Shown: positions 28,864 to 38,128 of the stretch, one piece after another
Position numbering within the stretch: position 1 is the stretch's first letter
Layout of the letters: the number at the start of each line of letters is the position of its first letter
From: an uncultured Cryomorphaceae bacterium
GTDB lineage: Bacteria > Bacteroidota > Bacteroidia > Flavobacteriales_D > Cryomorphaceae
Length of the DNA stretch: 64,000 bases
Assembly (NCBI GenBank): GCA_964635965.1
Contig: CAZWQX010000001.1
Span: forward strand, 18,014-82,013
Direction: 5' to 3'
Notes under the pieces: model-generated
What the model was told of the DNA's origin: nothing
The model's input: only the letters and a program-made list of their open reading frames with translations
Databases searched by the model: none
Translations under genes and position numbers: made by a program

Positions 28864-29739
28864 ATGTCAAATGCTCCTGATAAATACGCAAAAAGAAGAG
28901 CTAGAACCAGCGCCGTATCTACGGTAATTGGGATAAGTTTAGTGCTCTTCATGTTGGGGATTCTATCGATATTGGTATTGAATGCGAGCAAGCTTTCGAC
29001 CTATGTCAAAGAGAACATTCGAATAGAACTTTTTCTTGAACAGGATTTGAGTGAAGGTGAGATAACTCGATTGCGAAAAGAGATAGATGCCTTGCCTTTT
29101 GCGAGAACTAACACCTACATTTCAAAAACTGAAGCTGCTGAGAAATTACAAAATGAACTCGGGGAAGACTTCATGGCTTTTCTCTCCTACAATCCTCTAC
29201 CGGACGTTCTTGAGCTCGGAATAGAATTGGAATACACAAAACCGGATAGCATTTCAACTATCGCGGAAATGCTGGAAAACAGATCAGAGATAAATGAGGT
29301 GGTTTATAGTCCGAATTTGGTGCGACAAATCGACAGGAATGTCAACAAGATTAGTCTGGCGCTCTTGGCATTCAGCGGATTGCTGCTTCTGGTTGCAATC
29401 GCTCTCATAAATAATACCATACGACTGACTATTTACTCGAAGCGCTTCACCATCAGGAGTATGCAATTAGTAGGAGCTACTTCGGGATTTATCCAAAGAC
29501 CTTTTGTTTGGAATGGAGTTCTTCAAGGACTTTATTCGGGCTTCATAGCCATCTTGTTGATATTAGGAATTCTTTTCGCAGTAAAATCAGAGATTCCCGA
29601 GTTTTTTGAATTCAATGACCTCGTAATGTTTGTTAAACTATTCGGGTTGGTTTCCGTTTTAGGAATGTTCATATCAGGAATATCCACGTTATTTGCAGTA
29701 CGGCGTTATCTTAGGATGGACGCTTCAAAAATCTATTAA
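28864..29739 (+). CDS. ftsX: Cell division permease FtsX
   Basis: One TM, periplasmic domain with NPLP, then INNTIRL...MQLVGAT..FIQRPF and three TMs. Confidence 0.93.
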   Translation: MSNAPDKYAKRRARTSAVSTVIGISLVLFMLGILSILVLNASKLSTYVKENIRIELFLEQDLSEGEITRLRKEIDALPFARTNTYISKTEAAEKLQNELGEDFMAFLSYNPLPDVLELGIELEYTKPDSISTIAEMLENRSEINEVVYSPNLVRQIDRNVNKISLALLAFSGLLLLVAIALINNTIRLTIYSKRFTIRSMQLVGATSGFIQRPFVWNGVLQGLYSGFIAILLILGILFAVKSEIPEFFEFNDLVMFVKLFGLVSVLGMFISGISTLFAVRRYLRMDASKIY

Positions 29740-29743
29740 TAAA

Positions 29744-30001
29744 ATGAGCCGCGCCGATAATACTAGTCAAGAAACTTTCGCATTAGCAAGAAGCAACTAC
29801 AAACTCATGTTGATTGGTATAGGAGTTGTTGTTTTGGGATTTATTCTGATGATTGGCGGTGGAACAGAAGATCCAATGGAGTTTAATGAGGACATCTTTA
29901 GTTTCAGAAGGATTACACTTGCTCCGATAATTGTTCTTGCCGGATACGTGGTAATCTTCTATTCGATTCTAAAAAAAGGCGGTTCGACTAAAGAGTCATG
30001 A
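29744..30001 (+). CDS. DUF3098 domain membrane protein
   Basis: NYKLMLIG...GFILMIGG...FSFRRITLAP; start set at ATG 29744. Confidence 0.85.
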   Translation: MSRADNTSQETFALARSNYKLMLIGIGVVVLGFILMIGGGTEDPMEFNEDIFSFRRITLAPIIVLAGYVVIFYSILKKGGSTKES

Positions 30002-30798
30002 GTGTATTAGAAGCCTTGATTCTCGGAATCATTCAAGGTCTTACGGAGTTTCTTCCCGTTAGCAGTTCAGGTCACTTGGAGTTAACTAAAGCCCTTTTCG
30101 GTGATGGGTTAGCCGCCGAAGAAAGCATGCTCTTTACTATAGCCGTCCATGGGGCTACAGCGCTCAGTACTGTTGTCGTTTTTCGAAAGGATATAGCACA
30201 ATTAGTTTCAGGCTTATTTCAATTTAAGAAGAACGAAAGCTCAGCATTTGCACTCCATGTAATCGTAAGTATGATTCCTGTTTTCTGTGTGGGAATGTTT
30301 TTCAAGGATGAGATCGAACAACTTTTTGAGGGCAATCTTCTTTTAGTAGGTGCCTCCTTGATATTCACCGCAGTATTGCTTTACAGCACAACGCGAATTC
30401 CGGCTAAGGAAGGAAAAGTTACGGTAGGAAAGGCACTGCTTATAGGTATTTCGCAAGCCATTGCTGTTTTACCCGGGGTATCGCGCTCAGGATCTACTAT
30501 TTCGACTGCCCTTCTTGCGGGTGTTTCAAGGGAAAGAGCGGCCAGGTTTTCATTTCTCATGGTTTTACCTGTAATCCTCGGGGCAATGATTTTAGAATTC
30601 AAAGATTTTCTTGAAGTTCAACCACAGCGCACAATTGATAATAATGCCTTGATTACGGGCTTCACGGCGGCATTCTTTTCCGGAATTCTCGCTTGTCGGT
30701 GGATGATTGCTCTTGTCAAAAGAAGCAAGCTGGATTATTTTGCCTATTACTGTTTAGCCGTCGGAGCAATTGCCGTTGCCTATTCCTTCTTTGCATGA
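29998..30798 (+). CDS. uppP: Undecaprenyl-diphosphate phosphatase
   Basis: QGLTEFLPVSSSGH, PGVSRSG, ARFSF. Confidence 0.96.
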   Translation: MSVLEALILGIIQGLTEFLPVSSSGHLELTKALFGDGLAAEESMLFTIAVHGATALSTVVVFRKDIAQLVSGLFQFKKNESSAFALHVIVSMIPVFCVGMFFKDEIEQLFEGNLLLVGASLIFTAVLLYSTTRIPAKEGKVTVGKALLIGISQAIAVLPGVSRSGSTISTALLAGVSRERAARFSFLMVLPVILGAMILEFKDFLEVQPQRTIDNNALITGFTAAFFSGILACRWMIALVKRSKLDYFAYYCLAVGAIAVAYSFFA

Positions 30799-31526
30799 AT
30801 TACAACCCCGCAACCGAGGTTGAAAGGTTTCTTGAAGGTCAACTTTTACTGATCGATAAACCCCTGGGCTGGACCAGTTTCGATGCCGTGAAATCTGTTC
30901 GATTTACTATTCGAAAAAAATTTGGGCTTCGAAAATTAAAGGTTGGGCATGCAGGAACTCTAGATCCTCTTGCCACAGGTTTGTTGGTTATCTGCACCGG
31001 AAAATTTACCAAGAAAATCAGTGATCTATCGCAAGAGCATAAGACCTATACCGGAGTGATTCGTTTGGGTTCAACAACTCCATCTTATGATCTGGAAACT
31101 GAACCTGAAAACGAAAAGTCTACTGATCACATTAAGTCTGCTGACGTTGAAACTGCCTTGGAGAAATTTCGAGGTCCAATTATGCAAGTTCCACCGATTT
31201 TCTCGGCCAAAAAAGTTGATGGAAAACGAGCCTACAACGCAGCGAGAAAAGGAGAAGACTTAGTTTTAGAACCGAGGCCTGTGATCATTCATAGTTTCGA
31301 AGTTTCTACAGATACATTCCCTGACATATCTTTTAAAATTGAGTGTAGCAAGGGAACATATATTCGATCGATAGCACATGATCTTGGCCAAACCCTTGGC
31401 TGTGGAGCCCACTTGATTGAGCTGAGGCGCACTAAAGTTGGGGATTACGCAGTCGAAAACGCCATCGATCCGGAAGATTTCAGGAAGATACTTTGGGGTG
31501 ATGATGAGATCATAAATGATAGGTGA
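30795..31526 (+). CDS. truB: tRNA pseudouridine(55) synthase
   Basis: DKPLGWTSFD, GHAGTLDPLATG, CSKGTYIRS; ATG 30795 overlaps the uppP TGA. Confidence 0.96.
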   Translation: MNYNPATEVERFLEGQLLLIDKPLGWTSFDAVKSVRFTIRKKFGLRKLKVGHAGTLDPLATGLLVICTGKFTKKISDLSQEHKTYTGVIRLGSTTPSYDLETEPENEKSTDHIKSADVETALEKFRGPIMQVPPIFSAKKVDGKRAYNAARKGEDLVLEPRPVIIHSFEVSTDTFPDISFKIECSKGTYIRSIAHDLGQTLGCGAHLIELRRTKVGDYAVENAIDPEDFRKILWGDDEIINDR

Positions 31527-31586
31527 ATTATTCACCCGTTTTCATTAACTTCGCAGCCGCTTTTTTGCCCCATAAAAACGTATTGG

Positions 31587-32636
31587 ATGAAACTTTCGAA
31601 GTTCAAATTCAACCTTCCTCAAGAGCTCATAGCCCAGTATCCTTCAGAAAACCGAGATGAAAGCCGCCTTTTAGTTCTTCATCGTGAAACAGGAGATATT
31701 GAGCACAAAACCTTTAAAGAGGTTCTTGATTATTTTGATGAGAATGACTCTTTCGTGATGAACAACACGAAGGTATTTCCTGCGAGATTATATGGGAATA
31801 AAGAAAAGACCGGAGCAAAAATTGAGGTGTTTCTCCTCCGCGAGTTAAACAGAGAAAGCTTGCTTTGGGATGTGCTTGTTGATCCTGCGCGTAAAATTCG
31901 AATCGGAAACAAACTCTACTTTGGAGAAAACGATGAGTTGGTAGCAGAAGTAATCGACAATACTACCTCTAGAGGAAGAACGTTGCGATTCCTCTTTGAC
32001 GGACCATACGAAGATTTCAAGAACACCATGATGTCCTTGGGTGAGACACCTGTGCCCAAGTATATCGGGCGTCCTGTTGAAGAGATGGATGAGGATCGTT
32101 ACCAGACGATATTTGCCGAAGTTGAAGGAGCCGTAGCCGTTCCAACAGCTGGTTTGCACTTCAGCCGCGAGTTGCTAAAACGAATGGAGCTCAAGGGAAT
32201 TCACTTTGCCCCAATTACTCTGCACGTTGGTTTAGGAACATTCCGCCCTGTTGAAGTCGAAGATTTAACCAAGCATAAAATGGACAGCGAACAAATGTTC
32301 ATTAGTCAAGGATCAGCTGACAGGGTAAATCAAACAAAACTTGCAAAAGGGAAAGTTTGCGTTGTGGGAACTACCGCAATGAGAGCGGTTGAAACTTCTG
32401 TATCAACGGAAGGCTTATTGAAGCCATTTGAAGGTTGGACGAATAAGTTTATTTTCCCTCCATATGAATTCTCAATCGCCAATGCGATGATCAGCAATCT
32501 TCACGCTCCTGAGAGCACCTTGCTGATGCAAGTTGCCGCTTTCGGAGGATATGAGAATGTGATGAACGCCTACAAAGTAGCAATCAAAGAGAAATACCGT
32601 TTCTTGGCATATGGGGATGCCATGTTGATTATCTAA
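31587..32636 (+). CDS. queA: S-adenosylmethionine:tRNA ribosyltransferase-isomerase
   Basis: [47 protein letters not shown]. Confidence 0.96.
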   Translation: MKLSKFKFNLPQELIAQYPSENRDESRLLVLHRETGDIEHKTFKEVLDYFDENDSFVMNNTKVFPARLYGNKEKTGAKIEVFLLRELNRESLLWDVLVDPARKIRIGNKLYFGENDELVAEVIDNTTSRGRTLRFLFDGPYEDFKNTMMSLGETPVPKYIGRPVEEMDEDRYQTIFAEVEGAVAVPTAGLHFSRELLKRMELKGIHFAPITLHVGLGTFRPVEVEDLTKHKMDSEQMFISQGSADRVNQTKLAKGKVCVVGTTAMRAVETSVSTEGLLKPFEGWTNKFIFPPYEFSIANAMISNLHAPESTLLMQVAAFGGYENVMNAYKVAIKEKYRFLAYGDAMLII

Positions 32637-32643
32637 GTTTCCA

Positions 32644-33315
32644 ATGGGGAAAAAGGCCGTAATCATCGTTGCCGGGGGAACCGGAACACGAATGAATCTC
32701 AATACGGCCAAGCAGTTTTTACCACTTGGCGAGAAACCGATTATCCTTCACACATTCGAGGCGTTTCGACTGTACGATCCCTCAATGGAGTTTATACTCG
32801 TGCTCTTTAAAGAATTGCATGGTGAATGGGACAAAATCCGTAAGGATTACGGTTTCGAACTTTCTCACAAAGTAGTTGAGGGCGGCAAAGAACGGTTTCA
32901 TTCTGTTTTGAATGGAATCAATGCACTTAGTGATGAAGTAGAGCTGGTAGCCGTTCACGATGCAGTGCGTCCTTTCGTTTCCTCCAATACTATTGATCGC
33001 TGCTTTGGAGAAGCCGAGATTTCCGGTGCGGCCATCCCGGGAATTCCCGTAACGGATACCATTCGAAGAGTTCGAGATGCATCGAGCGTTACCATCCCTC
33101 GAAAGGAACTTATGGCCATACAAACTCCTCAATGTTTCAAAGCAAACACCTTAAAAGAAGCATATCGAACTGAGTATCGCGACGTTTTTACCGATGATGC
33201 ATCTGTAGTAGAATTCGCCAACCAGCCCGTTCAAATAGTTGAAGGAAACAGGAGGAATATAAAAATCACCACCCGCGAAGATTTACTCATAGCACATGCA
33301 TTTTTAAAAGGTTAA
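32644..33315 (+). CDS. ispD: 2-C-methyl-D-erythritol 4-phosphate cytidylyltransferase
   Basis: AGGTGTRM...KQF, GGKERFHSV, HDAVRP, QTPQ, TDDAS, NIKITT. Confidence 0.93.
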   Translation: MGKKAVIIVAGGTGTRMNLNTAKQFLPLGEKPIILHTFEAFRLYDPSMEFILVLFKELHGEWDKIRKDYGFELSHKVVEGGKERFHSVLNGINALSDEVELVAVHDAVRPFVSSNTIDRCFGEAEISGAAIPGIPVTDTIRRVRDASSVTIPRKELMAIQTPQCFKANTLKEAYRTEYRDVFTDDASVVEFANQPVQIVEGNRRNIKITTREDLLIAHAFLKG

Positions 33316-33358
33316 CCCTTATCAAGTCGTTGGTTTCATTCCACCTTATCGCATTCAG

Positions 33359-33366
33359 TACCTTTG
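33359..33366 (+). promoter_or_regulatory. -7 promoter element for rlmN
   Basis: TACCTTTG, 5 nt before the GTG at 33372. Confidence 0.55.
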
Positions 33367-33371
33367 CATCC

Positions 33372-34433
33372 GTGAAAGCACCCAAAGACATTCGAAAACT
33401 AAGCAAAGCGGAGTTGATTGAACACTTCGAGCAGATGGGGGAAAAATCATTTCGAGGTAAACAGGTTTTCGAGTGGCTCTGGACAAAACGGGCTCGCGAT
33501 TTTGACGAAATGACAAATCTGCCTTTGTCACTTAGAGAGCGACTTAAAGAAGAGTTTGTCATAAAAAGCATGCGAATTGCAGACAAACAAATTAGCTCAG
33601 ACGGAACCATCAAATACGCGTTCAAAATGAGCGATGGCCCCGTAGTGGAAGGAGTTCTAATTCCAACACAGAACCGAACTACGGCATGTATTTCTTCTCA
33701 AGTGGGCTGTAGTTTGAGTTGTAAATTTTGTGCAACAGGCAAATTAAAGAGGCTTAGAAATCTGGAGGCATATGAGATTTATGATCAGGTCTCAGAGATA
33801 TACCAAGATGCGGAAATTCTTCGCGATAAACCCCTTTCAAATATTGTTTACATGGGAATGGGAGAACCCTTATTGAATTACGGAAATGTGCTTGAGTCAA
33901 CTTTCCGCATTGCTGATGATAAAGGGCTCGGAATGTCACCGAAGCGAATTACGGTCAGCACGGCCGGAATTGCTAAAATGATTCAAAAGCTCGGCGATGA
34001 TGAAGTAAGATTTAATCTGGCATTGTCACTTCATGCGGCAAATGATGCGAAGCGAAATGAGATTATGCCAATTAACGAGTCGAACAACCTCGAAGTATTG
34101 GCCGATTCATTGAAGTACTTTCACGAAAAAACAGGCAGTCGGGTCACGTTTGAATACATAATTTTTAAAGGCTTCAATGACGAAATTGAAGATGCTCAGG
34201 AACTGGCTGAATTTGCAAAATGTGTCCCTTGCAAAATCAATATCATCGAGTACAATCCAATCGATGGAGAGGAATTCGAACAGGCTGACCCTGAAAAAGT
34301 TGATGCCTTTGCCGACTATTTGGAGAGCCGGAATCTAATCGTGAATGTTCGTCGAAGCCGTGGGAAAGACATCGATGCTGCCTGCGGCCAACTAGCGAAT
34401 AAAAATAAAGCTGCCCTCAAGTCAGCGCCCTAG
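33372..34433 (+). CDS. rlmN: 23S rRNA/tRNA A2503/A37 C2-methyltransferase
   Basis: CISSQVGCSLSCKFC, MGMGEP, SLH, DIDAACGQL; start set at GTG 33372. Confidence 0.96.
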   Translation: MKAPKDIRKLSKAELIEHFEQMGEKSFRGKQVFEWLWTKRARDFDEMTNLPLSLRERLKEEFVIKSMRIADKQISSDGTIKYAFKMSDGPVVEGVLIPTQNRTTACISSQVGCSLSCKFCATGKLKRLRNLEAYEIYDQVSEIYQDAEILRDKPLSNIVYMGMGEPLLNYGNVLESTFRIADDKGLGMSPKRITVSTAGIAKMIQKLGDDEVRFNLALSLHAANDAKRNEIMPINESNNLEVLADSLKYFHEKTGSRVTFEYIIFKGFNDEIEDAQELAEFAKCVPCKINIIEYNPIDGEEFEQADPEKVDAFADYLESRNLIVNVRRSRGKDIDAACGQLANKNKAALKSAP

Positions 34434-35098
34434 AATCCCAGTCCTAATCGAACACCAAAATCCCAACCAAAAGCAATTTCTTCCAGAGGCTCAATGAAGT
34501 AAGCCGACGGATCATTTAAGTCCGTTGATCTGACAATTTGAAAGTCTTTGAATCGAATCGCCGGTCCTGTATAGATATCGAAGAATAAATTACTTGTAAG
34601 GGAAAGGAGTTGGAACCCGATTTTCGAAGAAGCGCTCAGAATATTTCTATTGTCTTCAAATACATCTCCGGTGAGGGTTCCCGTAGAATCAAAAACGGCA
34701 AAACCCTTGGAATAAGTCCTGTAGTTGATCCCGAGATCCAGATACAATCCGTCAGGTTCTTCGAGATCTTCAAAATACCGTCTCACCGAGAAGGATATGC
34801 TGTATCCGGTCTGAATATCAATATTTTCACCAAAGTTATCCAATTCATAATCGAACCAGCCTGCGGTATAATTCCTACGAGTTATCCCTGCAGCTATTTG
34901 GAATGAAAATTGATTCGAAATTACCCGCTCGTAATAAATCCGAAAATCTCCATAAAGAATCTGAACCGGATCGAATTTTATGGCGTTTTGAATAAGGATT
35001 AGGGTGTCTTGCTCAAATTCATATTCCTCCTCGGCTTCATTTTGTCCAAAGGCATATTGTGCGCAAAGTAGGGCCAACAAGAATGTATATTTGTGCAA
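34430..35098 (-). CDS. Predicted outer-membrane beta-barrel protein (DUF3575-like)
   Basis: Signal peptide, alternating beta-strand pattern, C-terminal GVRLGLGF. Start uncertain (TTG 35098, or 35137). Confidence 0.6.
   Translation of the reverse strand: MHKYTFLLALLCAQYAFGQNEAEEEYEFEQDTLILIQNAIKFDPVQILYGDFRIYYERVISNQFSFQIAAGITRRNYTAGWFDYELDNFGENIDIQTGYSISFSVRRYFEDLEEPDGLYLDLGINYRTYSKGFAVFDSTGTLTGDVFEDNRNILSASSKIGFQLLSLTSNLFFDIYTGPAIRFKDFQIVRSTDLNDPSAYFIEPLEEIAFGWDFGVRLGLGF
35086..35093 (+). promoter_or_regulatory. -7 promoter element for the 35151 gene, inside the divergent gene
   Basis: TATATTTG. Confidence 0.45.
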
Positions 35099-35150
35099 GG
35101 TAATCTTCAATTTGACGCTGTTTTTGAAGCAAGCCAAGATAGTTAGATTT

Positions 35151-36695
35151 ATGAAGGTCCGTTTCTTTCACTTGTTTTCACTTTTTTTCTTCTCTGTCGG
35201 CATCGTGTTCGCTCAGTCGGAGTCGAAATTTACTTTCAGCACGGGCCCTGAACTTGAAGAACGAAAAGGGGATGCACTTTTAAATACCTTTGGTCACCAT
35301 CAAGATTTTTTCTTTACCCTGAGGAACAACCGAAGAAGAAACGGCGAGTTCATCCTGGAAAAAATCGATACGGATAGCTTGAGCGTACTCCTCACTCAAA
35401 ACTTCTCATTGCCTGAACTAAAAGGGATGGTGCCCATCCTCGCCTATCCGATTTCTTCAAAAACGAGTAGTTTCTTGATTGCAACCGCTGAAGACCCGGA
35501 AGATGAAGACCTATTCATTTTAGCTTATCAAATAGGTGATGACTTATCGATATCAAAACAACCCATCGTTCTCGGCATCGGAAATCGAAAAGCGATATTA
35601 GCGGAGAATGGGTTTCTCCTTTTTAAGACAGATAACGAAGAAAAAATCGCCTTACTTGTTCCTGCGGAAGCGAATGAAGCGCGGAATGAAAAATTCCAGA
35701 TTCGCTATTTCAATTCTGACTTTAAGCTTGAAAGGTCGGAGAAATTGGAAATACCATATTCTTCGGGGCAGGTCTCTCTTCGAAGTGCCGTATTGTCGCC
35801 TTCAGGAACACTTCATGGAGTTATAGCAGTATCCAGGTCTTCGGATATGGCTGTCACTCCAGATGGTTATGCCCTTTTGACTTACAATCCTACTGACGGA
35901 ATAGTCAAGGAAAAGGCCCTTTCTCTAGGTTCAAAATGGTTTTATGATCTCAAGCTTACACTTACTCCCGATACCAATTTGTGGCTGGCGGGATATTACA
36001 GCAATATGGTTGAACCTTCGATGGCCGGCACATTCTCTGTGTTGATTGAATCACGAACCGGAGATTTATTGGATACAGGATTATATCCATTTGACAGAGA
36101 ATTTAGGTTGATTTTTAGATCGGATTTAAAAAGCGGAGAGGACGATCTGGGTCAATTTAAATTGGATCAAGCATATATTGGAAAGGATAGTCACTTGAAA
36201 CTGATAAGTGAAAAGCGATACAACAGGTCTAGTACGATATTTAACCCTGCGACCGGCACGTATTCCATCATCCAGATATACAGCTATGATGAACTTCTGA
36301 TCTCAGATATTCGATCGAACAGCACTATTGAAAAAAACATAGTCATACCGAAGTATCAATCATCTTCCCGAGAGGAAGGTAGATTCACCTCTTACCTTCT
36401 TCTCGAAGATGAAGAGACAACCTGGATATTTTACAATGATCATGTTCGAAATGCAAATTTGGCCTTAAATGATTACAACTCATACCGCCAACTGAACAAC
36501 GAGAACAACATAGTAATAACGCATCTTCAAATAGATGGTTCCAACATCCAAAAAGGAATAATTGATCCTAAACTAACGGACGACTACCTGTTAGATCCCG
36601 TGCATCACTATGAAACAGATAATGCTCTTATTCTGACAACCTACAAGGGATACCGCACAAGGTATCTCAAGGTAAACTTACCTGATTCACAATGA
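35151..36695 (+). CDS. Secreted hypothetical protein (beta-rich, possibly propeller-like)
   Basis: ATG 35151 gives signal peptide MKVRFFHLFSLFFFSVGIVFA; no recognised domain. Confidence 0.65.
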   Translation: MKVRFFHLFSLFFFSVGIVFAQSESKFTFSTGPELEERKGDALLNTFGHHQDFFFTLRNNRRRNGEFILEKIDTDSLSVLLTQNFSLPELKGMVPILAYPISSKTSSFLIATAEDPEDEDLFILAYQIGDDLSISKQPIVLGIGNRKAILAENGFLLFKTDNEEKIALLVPAEANEARNEKFQIRYFNSDFKLERSEKLEIPYSSGQVSLRSAVLSPSGTLHGVIAVSRSSDMAVTPDGYALLTYNPTDGIVKEKALSLGSKWFYDLKLTLTPDTNLWLAGYYSNMVEPSMAGTFSVLIESRTGDLLDTGLYPFDREFRLIFRSDLKSGEDDLGQFKLDQAYIGKDSHLKLISEKRYNRSSTIFNPATGTYSIIQIYSYDELLISDIRSNSTIEKNIVIPKYQSSSREEGRFTSYLLLEDEETTWIFYNDHVRNANLALNDYNSYRQLNNENNIVITHLQIDGSNIQKGIIDPKLTDDYLLDPVHHYETDNALILTTYKGYRTRYLKVNLPDSQ

Positions 36696-36727
36696 GTGAT
36701 CATGAATTGTGATATTTGTCGCCTCTT

Positions 36728-37687
36728 ATGATGAGTGTTGGAGAAATAAAAACGCCTATAGCTGCCGAAATGAAAGAGTTCGAACAACGCTTTCGAGACT
36801 CAATGCGCAGCAATACGCCTCTTTTGGATAAAATCACTCATTACATCGTAAAGAGGAAGGGAAAACAGATGCGTCCAATGTTCGTTTTCCTTTCAGCGAA
36901 ACTGAGTGGTAGAATAAATGATTCTACATATGTAGCCGCTTCATTGATCGAACTGCTCCACACCGCAACACTTGTTCATGACGATGTTGTGGATGATGCT
37001 CACCTCCGAAGAGGGTTCTTCTCAATCAACGCACTTTGGAAAAACAAAATCGCCGTTTTGCTTTCAAGAGGGCTTCTAATGAGTGTTGAAGAGGGTGAAT
37101 TTGAACTCTTGAAGATTGTAAGCCGAGCGGTTAAGGAAATGTCTGAAGGAGAACTCCTTCAAATGGAAAAAGCGCGAAAGTTAAATATCACTGAATCGGT
37201 ATACTTCGACATCATAAGACAGAAAACAGCCTCTCTCATTTCAGCTTGTTGCGAAAGTGGGGCTCATTCTTCAAGCGACAATCCCGAGGTTCGGGAAAAA
37301 ATGCGTGTTTTTGGCGAAAAAACCGGGATCGCATTTCAAATTAAAGATGATCTATTCGATTACAACGCAAACGGAAAAATAGGAAAGCCCACAGGTATTG
37401 ATATCAAGGAGAAGAAGATGACTCTGCCTCTGATTCATGCTCTGGAAAATTCGATTCATTCTGATCGAAAATGGATTATCAATACCGTTAAAAACCGCAA
37501 TGAAGATAAAAAAGAGGTTGCTAAAGTAATTGACTTTGTTGTGAGTTCGGGAGGTATTGAATACGCACGTGATCAAATGCATGATTACAAAAATCAGGCT
37601 TTGGAAATTCTTCATACTTTTGAAGATAGCGATGCCAGAAGATCGCTGGAAGGCTTGGTTAATTACACCATCGAACGCAAAAAATAG
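36728..37687 (+). CDS. Long-chain polyprenyl diphosphate synthase (IspB-like) with an internal 5-codon deletion
   Basis: GKQMRP, FARM LVHDDVVD..RRG, SARM FQIKDDLFD, GKPTGIDIKE; lacks the VGDxL motif. Confidence 0.9.
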   Translation: MMSVGEIKTPIAAEMKEFEQRFRDSMRSNTPLLDKITHYIVKRKGKQMRPMFVFLSAKLSGRINDSTYVAASLIELLHTATLVHDDVVDDAHLRRGFFSINALWKNKIAVLLSRGLLMSVEEGEFELLKIVSRAVKEMSEGELLQMEKARKLNITESVYFDIIRQKTASLISACCESGAHSSSDNPEVREKMRVFGEKTGIAFQIKDDLFDYNANGKIGKPTGIDIKEKKMTLPLIHALENSIHSDRKWIINTVKNRNEDKKEVAKVIDFVVSSGGIEYARDQMHDYKNQALEILHTFEDSDARRSLEGLVNYTIERKK

Positions 37688-37698
37688 TTCCATTTATA

Positions 37699-38127
37699 AT
37701 GAGATTTTCAGCATGGATTATCGTGCTTTTCATTTGTGCTTGCGGCTCGAATGTCGAACCTGAGATTAGTGATCAGACGGAAGTTCCTGTTCAAAACAGT
37801 GCTGAAATCATTGACGTTGTCGAATATCACCCAAACGGAGCCGTAAAGCTTCGCGGAAAAAGTCAAGACGGGAAAAGGTTGGGAAAATGGGAATCCTTTT
37901 ACCCGAGTGGCTACCGATGGAGTGAAGTAGAATATCGTTCGGGTCTCCGAGAAGGGGATGCCATTTCCTACTACGACAATGGAATGATGCGCTATCAAGG
38001 GAGGTATTACAACGATGAGCAAACAGGTGTTTGGAGTTTTTACGATACAACCGGAGCTCTGGTAAAACGAATTGATATGGACACTTTGCAATCAAGTCGT
38101 CTCTCTTCAACCCCACAAACGGATTAG
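37699..38127 (+). CDS. MORN-variant repeat lipoprotein (YwqK-like annotation family)
   Basis: Lipobox FICAC; repeats YHPNG/FYPSG/YYDNG...G.W..Y. Confidence 0.72.
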   Translation: MRFSAWIIVLFICACGSNVEPEISDQTEVPVQNSAEIIDVVEYHPNGAVKLRGKSQDGKRLGKWESFYPSGYRWSEVEYRSGLREGDAISYYDNGMMRYQGRYYNDEQTGVWSFYDTTGALVKRIDMDTLQSSRLSSTPQTD

Positions 38128-38128
38128 A

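Noticed and set aside
37699-38127. Toxin-antitoxin system from the YwqK-like label
   Set aside because: It is a MORN-repeat lipoprotein between housekeeping genes; no toxin partner is present.
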